64,000 nucleotides of DNA from Podarcis muralis (lineage: Eukaryota): NCBI RefSeq assembly GCF_964188315.1, contig NC_135665.1, positions 34,596,001 to 34,660,000 of the forward strand, written 5' to 3'. Made by a program: the position numbers and the translations under genes. Under the pieces are notes generated by a model. That model searched no databases. It was given only the letters and a program-made list of their open reading frames with translations, and was not told the DNA's origin. Below, piece after piece: positions 39,585 through 48,989 of this stretch (positions are counted from its first letter, which is position 1; each line of letters begins with the position of its first letter).

Positions 39585-40441
39585 AACCACTCAATAGCTT
39601 TTAAATATTTAACTTAAAAACAGCAGCATGAGGAAGTGGCCTCATGCTACTAATAGAAGTCTTTGCCTTCCATTAACAATATTGAACTCACCCAGTCTGA
39701 GAAATTCAGGAGTTTTTTCATGTTACATATCATATGAAAGATTTCAATTAAGTGGGACTTACTTCTGAGTAAACATGTACAGGACTGAATTGTCAGGTGT
39801 GTTGTGTACTTTTCTTTTGTTGTAAATGCTCCACCTCCTCCATTTTCCAGGTGCATGACAAACACTAACCAATAAATATGTAATTAATTTTTTCGAGCAT
39901 CATCCTAATGAACTGAATATTAAAATTACCATTCTAAATTTATGCTCCCAGCATGCAACTACTACTAGAACTACAATGTTTATAATTGGCTTGCAATTTA
40001 GAGGGTCAGTGGCTATGGCATTGAAAGCAAATTAAGGGAGACACACTCATATCTAACGTTAAAGCACTCCTTGTAGATTTACAGAATTAATAAAAGAACA
40101 TCCATGTTAAATGCTTACTGCTTCATTAAGACCAAAAATGCTGATTTAACTTTGTTGGAAGATATAGCATCTTATATCTTTGATTTTAATAACCACCACT
40201 TAGATATGATCAAATTCATCTCTTAACCTATTGTAGTAAACTCAGCCTTTTCTTTTAAACTCCAAGCAATGAATAAGTTTGTTGTCTCTGCCTCGGCTAG
40301 TGTAACTTTTAGCTTTTAGAACAAATATGTCCAGAAAGGCAGGAAGGATACAACAAAGGGAGAGTTTGGAAATAATGCCTGGCAAGTCTACCCATTATGC
40401 TAAGCCATGGTTGATCTAAACCACGGTTTATAAACCAGCAA

Positions 40442-40925
40442 GAGACATCACCTTGCCAACAAGGTCCGTATAGTTAAAGCTATGGTTTTCCCAGTAGTGA
40501 TGTATGGAAGTGAGAGCTGGACCATAAAGAAGGCTGATCGCCGAAGAATTGATGCTTTTGAACTATGATGCTGGAGGAGACTCTTGAGAGTCCCATGGAC
40601 TGCAAGAAGATCAAACGTATCCATTCCGAAGGAAATCAGCCCTGAGTGCTCACTGGAAGGACAGATCGTGAAGCTGAGACTCCAATACTTTGGCCACCTC
40701 ATGAGAAGAGAAGACTCCCTGGAAAAGACCCTGATGTTGAGAAAGAGGGAGGGCACAAGGAGAAGGGGACGACAGAGGACGAGATGGTTGGATAGTGTTC
40801 TCGAAGCTACCAGCATGAGTTTGACTAAACTGCGGGAGGCAGTGCAAGACAGAAGTGCCTGGAGTGCTCTGGTCCATGGGGTCACGAAGAGTTGGACACA
40901 ACTAAATGACTAAACAACAACAACA
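40442..40925 (+). mobile_element. BovB (RTE) LINE, 5'-truncated 3' end
   Basis: Encodes ...RVPWTARRSN.SI.KEISPECSLEGQI.KLRLQYFGHLMRREDSLEKTLML...RRRGRQRTRWLD...; (CAA)n tail; 12-bp TSD ataaaccagcaa (40430-40441, 40926-40937). Confidence 0.93.
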
Positions 40926-41099
40926 ATAAACCAGCAATAAACTATTACCTACAACAAACTATGAGCATGTTTTGTTTGTGGTTAATAGACACTGTACCAT
41001 ATAACCATATACTGGTGCACAAAGTCCAGAGAGCATGGGAGATATAGTTCCTGAGTTGCAGCAGACCTACCTTACCAACTGAACGACCTAACTTTCAAG

Positions 41100-41350
41100 T
41101 CGAAACAAAATAAAAAAATTCCTTCCAGTAGCACCTTAGAGACCAACTAAGTTTGTGATTGGTATGAGTCAATCACCCATCTCCTACTACCCTTCTGAGA
41201 AAAAACCCACCCACCCTCCCACTATATATAAGGGTCTGGTGAATTCTGTTTCAGTGTATCTGAAGAAGTGTGCATGCATGAAAGCTCATACCAATCACAA
41301 ACTTAGTTGGTCTCTAAGGTGTCACTGGAAGGATTTTTTTTTATTTTGTT
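41100..41350. mobile_element. Second Penelope-like remnant with a truncated inverted arm
   Basis: Arms 41100-41168 and 41285-41350; 12-bp TSD ctaactttcaag (41088-41099, 41351-41362); sense hammerhead motif at 41256-41291 with a weakened stem II. Confidence 0.85.
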
Positions 41351-42676
41351 CTAACTTTCAAGATTCTTCAGGCTTTGCATTTAGTCAAACACTTGTTCCG
41401 CATATCAGAGTGACAGAAAAGGAATAAGGAAAGGAAAGAGCCTCCGCTGTTATTCTTGCCAGGGACTAGTGGAAATTTGTTTGGGAGGCTGGTGAAAAGG
41501 TTTTCAGAGATGGCAAGAGTTGGGAGATACATGTGGAAAGGGGTTTCTCTGGGTTTTACCTTGATCAGGGACATAGAATAATTTGCAGGCTTTGAAACCA
41601 CTCCTCCCATTTAATATTGGCTTTTAGAAGCACATAAGTTCATCTCCAAGCATCTCTTGGAGTTTGTCCATTTGTACTGTGTGCTGCAGGGATTTTGTCA
41701 CTTACTGAATCCTTTTCACCCTACAGGAGTAGGGAGACCTCCACTGGCTGTTAGAGAAAAACAGAGCTGAACTTCCTCTCAAGTGTCAGAATTCAAAATA
41801 AGCTTCCTTGCTAAACCCACCCACAGACATTGATCTGTAGGCCAGGTGTGGAAATCAATTGATCCTTGATCTTCCCATGTGAGAAAGCACAAATTGATCC
41901 CATAATGTCCTTCCTTTTTCTCCATCTAAGCTATTAATTTATCTATTGCTCGTTGTTGTTTCATGAGTGCAAGCATTTCAATATCCTGGTGGCAGGGAAT
42001 CAAAGCAGAACGGTGGCATATATTATCAGCTCTTTGGGGAGAAGCTATTTCGCATTGGTCTTAGCTAAGGAGAATATCCAACTCTCAACACTTACCCAGT
42101 TCTGATTAAAGCTTGCATCCCTAAGGACATATTATACCAAGTACATTAATTTACTGCTTAGCCCTAATGATCCCATTTAAGTTATCCCTGATGGAAAATT
42201 ACAAATTTCATTTAGAAAGAGATTTTAAAAGTAATCTTACACATTGCTATAAATAAAGGTCTTGGAAAGCCAAAACACTGTTACGGTGCCTCTCTGTTTC
42301 AGTAACATACTGTAGCTTGCTTGATCTATACTTCTTTGGTTGTTCATCCTAATTACAACAAAGCTTGAGTATATTTGCTTCCTTGTTAATTGTAAAAGAT
42401 AGATCCTATGTATTATGCAAGCAGCTGTAAGTAGTTGTGTTAAAGAAAATTAAATACAGTCCCTGGTTCAAGTAAACACACTTCTTCCTATTGCAAATAA
42501 TTGTACGAAGTGGAGTAATATCTGTGTACCATTTCCCCCCTCCCTCTCCAAACACACACACACCATCAACCAGAGTGGAGTTGGGGGTGGTTTACTCTGT
42601 AAGAAGCTCATTTGCCCCAGAAGAAGCGGAAGTAAGTCTATGTGTGACTCCTTAGCTATAGAGAGCCTTAGCTATA

Positions 42677-42914
42677 GAGAGCCAGCATGGTGTAGTGGTT
42701 AAGAGTGGTAGTCTCATAATCTGGGGAACCGGGTTCGCGTCTCCGCTCCTCCACATACAGCTGCTGGGTGACCTTGGGCCAGTCACACTTCTTTGAAGTC
42801 TCTCAGCCCCACTCACCTCACAGAGTGTTTGTTGTGGGGGAGGAAGGGAAAGGAGAATGTTAGCCGCTTTGAGACTCCTTCGGGTAGTGATAAAGCGGGA
42901 TATCAAATCCAACT
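42677..42914 (+). mobile_element. tRNA-derived SINE of the Squam3/CORE-like type
   Basis: A box tggtgtagtggtt, B-box-like gggttcgcgtctcc, CORE-like tgggtgaccttgggccagtcac, L2-like 3' end ...aagcgggatatcaaatcca. Confidence 0.8.
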
Positions 42915-43007
42915 CTATATAGGTGTGAATAAATCACATTTAAAAACGTGTTTACTTGGACATAGTTTGTTTTATGTTGAACTAGAAAAGTTTACTCTGT
43001 GTGTGAT

Positions 43008-43215
43008 CAGGGGCGGAGCTTCATGCTCTGGCTCCGGGGGGGCAGAGAGCAGGCGGGGCAGGGCTGGGGGCGTGGCACGCCGCCCATAGAGCGTGGCACG
43101 CTGCCCATAGAGCGTGGCGCCCAGCACGGGGTGGGGGCAGATGCGATGGCATCCTGCCAGGATCGTGTTGCCGGGGGCGGTGTGCTCCGCCCACACGCCT
43201 CTTCCTCCGCCATTG
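43008..43215. mobile_element. hAT (Tip100-like) MITE with an internal 21-bp tandem repeat
   Basis: caggggcggag...ctccgccattg termini; perfect 8-bp TSD tgtgtgat (43000-43007, 43216-43223); gcgtggcacgc(c/t)gcccataga x2.3 at 43070-43118. Confidence 0.85.
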
Positions 43216-44800
43216 TGTGTGATGAGTTAAACAGTAAGTTGCATCAGACTGATCCGAGGAAAGGTGGGGGGTTTTCACTTTTGATTGGCTTGCTGGATGG
43301 AAATTCTTTGTCACTTATTAGACGAGAAAAATGGTCTGATCAGGGGTAGGGCAGAAACAAATCTGATTGGTTGAAAGGTTGGATGGACCATAAATAAGGT
43401 ACTTTTACAACTGATCAGGCTGAGTGTGTGTCTCTCTCATATATTGAGGGGGATATTGAGGATAGGGAAAGTGTAAAAGTGTAGCCTGCTTCTAAGGAGA
43501 CTTTGGAAGCCAAAAATAAGGTGAATTGAGAAATCAGGAGGTGGGAAAATGATAGAGAAGGAAGGGTAAGAAATCTTCCTCTACTTACTGATTTTTAATT
43601 GGAGATTGAAGCCTGGGCAGTTGCTTTAGATAATTTTTTTTAAAAATACACAGCGAAAAATATCAGGGAGGAAAACTATACATAATTAACTTCATGTGTT
43701 CTTTGAGCCAGAACGTTGAATAATGTTGATCAGGGCATCTGTGCTGTGATATTTTTACTCAGTAGGTGTTGGAAGACAGAAGAAAAGAAAAAAAACCTAA
43801 TTACAATGCCAGACTTCCTCTTGAGACTCATCAAGTTTTCTTTTCCCTCTGCTTTACTCCACATAGCATGTTCCCAAACAAAGTGCTTTCAATTTTTAAT
43901 GAGATGTATTGTCTTACGTTCTTTACTGAGCAAAGGAATAATGCAGACTTTTAAAAATGCCTTTAATTCACTTTGGATAAGTCCCATAAATTGTCAAAAG
44001 TATGACTTATTTTGTTCTTATTCTTATAGGATTCTTGTTGTTTCGCAGCTGAAATCTGAAAATTCTTAACTTTTCCTTTGACCGATTTTTTGTGGTAGCA
44101 TGGGTGAATGGGGAGTGTGCTCTTCAGCTTCCTTAGTGTGCAAGTTTTCTTATTAATCTTGAACCAACATAGAAATAAAACTGAAGGGTTCTTCCTGTCG
44201 CACTTGTCTTGCCAGTGCTGAGTTAAAAGCTACAAGAATACAAAACTAAGAAATGTGATGAAAAATAGAGCCATCTATTTTTGAGGTGGCTGAGATGATA
44301 ACAAATGTACAATCTTAGCTTGAGGGTAGAGAAATAGTTGCAGTCTACCAGTTGCTCCCACAGCTATATTTTGTGTCTTATTATTTGTTAAGGATTGAAA
44401 GCGTGTTTACTATCTTTATAGTTTTGCTGTGAATGCTCCAAGAAGCTCTCAAAGCAACTTGCGAAAAATTATAGCTATAAAATCCCATTAAAAGAATGAA
44501 AATATAATGCTGTTCATATGATGCTAGGATTTTACAGGCAGCAGTTCTTCCCTCATCCTTAGCCTTCCTTGGTGTTGCACTTTGGACCTCACTTACGGTA
44601 CTAGGCAGAAGGGATGACTTCAAAGTTGCTTTCTGGAACCGTGGACCAACAGTGACAGTAAGGCCCTTTGAAGCTGATTGGCCCTGAAAGTATGTCTTCA
44701 GATGAAGTTACTATGGCAGCAACCTCCTTTGAACTTTGATTGGTGGGTGGTCCTGCCCAAGTTGGCCCTTGCGGGTGGAGAAATTAAGCATCTGGTCCAC

Positions 44801-44998
44801 CAGCTGAATGCAGTTCCTCATCCCTGACCTACACTATTAGAAGGTCCTTAAGAGATCCGGAAGTCCCTGATACAGGATCTCTTAAGGACCTTCTAATAGT
44901 GTAGGTCAGGGATGAGGAACTGCAGCTGAATGCAGTTCCTCATCCCTGACCTACACTATTAGAAGGTCCTTAAGAGATCCTGTATCAGGGACTTCCGG
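44801..44998. repeat. Forward-inverted-forward micro-triplication containing a perfect 68-bp palindrome
   Basis: 44801-44858 = 44923-44980 (direct); 44857-44924 is the exact reverse complement of 44931-44998 (6-nt loop gctgaa). Confidence 0.95.
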
Positions 44999-45312
44999 AG
45001 GCGGCGCGAAACCGTGATGGCGGACCTCTTCGAGCTCTGAAGAGGGGCACCGCAGAAAAGGGTTGTTTCGCTACGGCGCAGCGGCAACCCATCAAGATAA
45101 ACCACGGACAGAGTGAGTTCGTGGCCGTGGGACTCGGCGGGCACCTGGAGCGACCCCAAATTCGCAGAAGGGACCCCGTAAGGGGCTCCGGAGTGAAGGA
45201 GGGGGAGCGGTGCTGTGAGTTCATCGCTCTTTCTGCGGAGGCGAAGCCGCGCGGCTGTCACGGATGAGCGCCGACCTTTCTTCCAAAAATACCAGCCTGA
45301 AACAGCAAACCC
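44989..45312 (+). promoter_or_regulatory. Putative L1 internal Pol II promoter (CpG-rich 5'UTR)
   Basis: Dense CpGs; ETS-like ACTTCCGG at 44991-44998; YY1-like gatggcgg at 45016-45023. Function inferred from known L1 5'UTRs. Confidence 0.5.
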
Positions 45313-45755
45313 GTGAGTAAGGATTTAAGATTTGCTAAAATAATTCGAAGAAATTTGGCTGAAACCGGGAGACGAGAAAGAGGAAGTCCGTCTTCCGGCA
45401 CTGCTTTCAACATCAAAGCAGACGGTTCAAAGAGCGGAAAGCGCTGTGAACAGGGAAGCCTTAAGGCTTTAAAGTGGGACTTTCGTGCACATTTGAATTC
45501 TATCTTTAAAGAAAAAATACAGCTAAAAATACAGCTAAAAATGGAACAAAAATTCAAAAATGGAACAAAAGGGACTTTAATGGCGGAAAAGTTACCTTCT
45601 TCTTACTAAATTTTGGTGGCACTCCCCCTAGAGGATATTGGGATAACAAAGGCCTGGGAAAAGTTTTTTCTGTTTACCTTCTCTCTCCAGACTGTTTTTA
45701 AATTTGGGCTTGTCTTTCCCATGGGATTACAACATTTGACCTTGAACATTGACTG

Positions 45756-46724
45756 ATGAGTGGCACAGGAAAGACAAGAGCAGCCAAAGCTAAGGAAGCT
45801 AAGGAAAAAGAAAAAGCGAAAAAGCAGGCACAGCTCTTGCAAACAACTTTAACTCAGGGACGCAGACTATCAGTCCCAGCTGTGCTTGCAACACAAAAAG
45901 TAGAAAGTGAAAAGCCTGAAAAATCTGAGGAGGAAGATATGGCATCAGGAGGATCAGAGGCAGTACTGAAACAAGTCTTGGAACAATTGTCAGCATTAAA
46001 CCAAAAAATTGATAACCAATCAATAAAAATTGACCAAGCTACATCCTCGATCCAAAAACTGACAGATCAGGTTTCCCAACATACCCAAGCAATTGAAAAA
46101 TTGCAAGGAGCAACAGAAGAGAATCGTAAATTGGCAGGGGAAGCCGTTCAAATTGCAACAGCAGCTAAAAAAGAGGTTGAGGAAGTCAAAGCAGAAGTCA
46201 AGCCTCTGCACAAACAGATAGGGGACCAACAAACCTACCTCTCTTTGGTGGAATTGAAAAATCGCCAGACTAACCTTAGGCTGAGGGCGGTGCCAGAAAT
46301 CGAACAAGAAGATTTGATTGGATTTTTGACAACAGAGTTTTCAAAGTTTTGGGGCCTAAAAGAAGATAGTGATTTTAAAATAGTATCGGCTTTTCGATTG
46401 GGAAGATTGGTAAGAAAAGACAGATCAAGAGACTGCTTAATAGCTTTGAGATCAAGAGAAGAGAGAGACAAAATATTAGGCCTACACTTTAATAACTCAA
46501 TTGAGATACAAGAGAAAAGGGTGGAAATTTACCGAGACATCCCTAAACAGCTACTGGATTTGAGAGCCACCTACTCAGAATTGGCCAAGCTGTTGAGACT
46601 CAACACAATTCCTTACAGGTGGGAGTTTCCACAAGGACTATCTTTTACTTACAAACAGAAGAAGGTCCCAGCTCCTGCCCACCTAGCAGTTCGAAAGCAC
46701 GTCAAAGTGCAAGTAGATAAATAG
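45756..46724 (+). CDS. LINE-1 ORF1p-like protein (coiled coil + RRM + CTD), 322 aa, last 19 aa SINE-derived
   Basis: Heptad-rich region, then ELKNRQTNLRLRAVPE (cf. L1 ORF1 ENRSRRNNLRI.G.PE), AFRLG, EIYRDIP, IPYRWEFPQGL; uninterrupted frame; VPAPAHLAVRKHVKVQVDK* is read from SINE sequence. Confidence 0.85.
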   Translation: MSGTGKTRAAKAKEAKEKEKAKKQAQLLQTTLTQGRRLSVPAVLATQKVESEKPEKSEEEDMASGGSEAVLKQVLEQLSALNQKIDNQSIKIDQATSSIQKLTDQVSQHTQAIEKLQGATEENRKLAGEAVQIATAAKKEVEEVKAEVKPLHKQIGDQQTYLSLVELKNRQTNLRLRAVPEIEQEDLIGFLTTEFSKFWGLKEDSDFKIVSAFRLGRLVRKDRSRDCLIALRSREERDKILGLHFNNSIEIQEKRVEIYRDIPKQLLDLRATYSELAKLLRLNTIPYRWEFPQGLSFTYKQKKVPAPAHLAVRKHVKVQVDK

Positions 46725-47074
46725 GTACCGCTTTATAGCGGGAAGGTAAACGGTGTTTCCGTGTGCTGCGCTGGTGCTGGCTTGCCAGAGCAGCTTCGTC
46801 ACGCTGGCCATGTGACCCGGAAGTGTCTCCGGACAGTGCTGGCCCCTGGCCTCTTAAGTGAGATGGGCGCACAACCCTAGAGTCGGACACGACTGGCCCA
46901 TACGGGCAGGGGTACCTTTACCTTTACCTAAGAGATCCTGTATCAGAAACTAATACAGACTGTCCTAGTCTGTCCAGAAATGCTCAAGACAATATATATT
47001 TGGGGGCTTGTATATAAAAAGTTGATGTATAGTTATTCCAGAACCCTGAAATATACCCCCCCCTACCCTGGATA

Positions 47075-47326
47075 AAGGTAAAGGTAAAGGTAAAGGGACC
47101 CCTGACCATTAAGGTCCAGTCACGGACGACTCTGGGGTTGTGGCGCTCATCTCACTTTATTGACCGAGGCAGCCGGCGTACAGCTTCCGGGTCATGTGGC
47201 CAGCATGACTAAGCCACTTCTGGCGAACCAGAGCAGCGCACAGAAATGCTGTTTACCTTCCCACCGGAGCGGTACCTATTTATCTACTTGCACTTTGACG
47301 TGCTTTCGAACTGCTAGGTTGGCAGG
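47075..47326 (-). mobile_element. Sauria SINE (gggacccctgacc subfamily), 5'-truncated
   Basis: (aaaggt)3 tail at left; TSD accctggata (47065-47074, 47345-47354) with 18 extra nt at the 5' junction. Confidence 0.9.
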
Positions 47327-48059
47327 AACTGCTAGGATATATAAACCCTGGATATATAAACACAAAACCAAATAAGATAATTAAAAAAGGTTAAAAACAA
47401 GTAAAAAGCTAAAAGAAATTGGAAAGAACCAAATGTTCCTGTGTATTACTTCTCTGAGCCTGTCTCCTCACTGGAACAAAGCAGCCCTTTTTAATAGCTT
47501 AATCTGAAATATTTGTACTGCTCACATTTTTTTTTTCCTGGTTGTGTATATCTCTCTGCCCTACCCCATGTTTTTAGCCCGCAAATGCTGGGAAATGGCA
47601 TAGAGGAACTTAATCATGTAAAATATATGCCAAGGAATAAAGTAATTAATATTATCCTTTTGCTAAACATAGTTAAGCTTATAATCAATACTTTGTAAAT
47701 TAAATGCAATTTAAGTGACTGCAGAATTCTGTAAAACAGGAGGCTGATTGTGGGCTTTGTATGGAAGCTGATGTTTAAACTTGCCAGTAGCTGAATAATT
47801 CATATCTTTCCATTAATAGCATTCACAGCAACTACCTTTGGGACTAAAATAATAACTTAATAAGAAGAAGAAACAAACCAAGCAAGTTTTCAGTCTGTCT
47901 AATTCTGTAAACTCTCGGAGGCATAAATTGATGTTTCCCAGCGAAAACCAAATGAGTTGAGCCCTTAGGAAAAAGGGAATAAAAAGAAAAATCAGAATTT
48001 TATGATATTTTCATTCTGAAGCAGAATAAAACATATAGGCACTGATCCAGTTCTAGCCA

Positions 48060-48660
48060 CTAGTTTATTATTACTGCTAAACAGGCATCTCAATGTGATG
48101 TACAATAAACATAGCAAAAAAACAGTTAAAAACACACACACAAACACACTGGATGAAGAAAACTAAAGCCATACAAAATAGGCACTCATGACACTGATCA
48201 GTTCATCCAGCTGGGAAAGCCAGACAGAACAAAAATGTCTTCAATTCTTTCTGGAAATTGTAGATAGTAGGCGCCTGTTTTATCTTGAGAGTAGTGCTAT
48301 TCCACAGAATATGGCAGCCCTGCTCCAAGATACTGCAGACTGAGCTTCTGAGATCTTTGGAACTTGCAGGACAAACTCAAACCACAGAGATCTACTGGGT
48401 ATATCAGGGATAATATAGTCAGTCTCTGAAATAACCTGTTCCTGAACTGCAGAGGGCCTTATATGTTGACCTTGAACTTGGCCCAATAGCAGTCTGGCAG
48501 TCAGTGCAAATCCCACGAGCAGGGTGTTTATATGCTGGTGGTCATGTGACCCTACAATCAACCTAGCTTCTGTCTTCTGCACCAGTTGCAGCCTCTGGCC
48601 AACCCCAAGGGTAGGCCTACATAGAGCACATTGCAGTAATCCAATATTGAGGATAGACAA
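48060..48660 (-). mobile_element. L2-type LINE 3' fragment
   Basis: Minus-strand translation includes GQRLQLVQKTEARLIVG...HI..LL (L2 ORF2 C-terminal-like) followed by an L2-like tail. Confidence 0.7.
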
Positions 48661-48853
48661 CTGTGATCAAATTATCCCAATCCACAAATTTCTGTAGCTG
48701 TCTCATCAAAGCTGGCAAACATGCTCACAACAGTACATCTGCATATCTCCACATTTACTGTGTACACAGCAGCCTATGATTGAAAAGAGCAGCATTTTTG
48801 AGATTCAGCAAAGGATAACACTGCTCTGCCTAGTACCAACAGAAGCAGTAGAG

Positions 48854-48989
48854 CAGGCATAGGCAACCTTGGCCCTCCAGATGTTTTGGGACTACAATTC
48901 CCATCATCCCTGACCACTGGTCCTGTTAGCTAGGGATCATGGGAGTTGTAGTCCCAAAACATCTGGAGGGCTGAGGTTGCCTATGCCTG
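48854..48989. mobile_element. hAT-type MITE (136 bp), sister of 265-400
   Basis: TIRs CAGGCATAGGCAACCT / AGGTTGCCTATGCCTG; perfect 8-bp TSD cagtagag (48846-48853, 48990-48997). Confidence 0.92.

Larger units (their letters stand above)
44989..46928 (+). mobile_element. Composite retro-insertion: L1 5'UTR + ORF1 fused to a headless Sauria SINE
   Basis: 18-bp TSD taagagatcctgtatcag (44971-44988, 46929-46946); starts ggacttccgg (L1-type 5' end); SINE portion 46664-46928 ends in acctttacctttacc; no poly(A). Confidence 0.9.
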
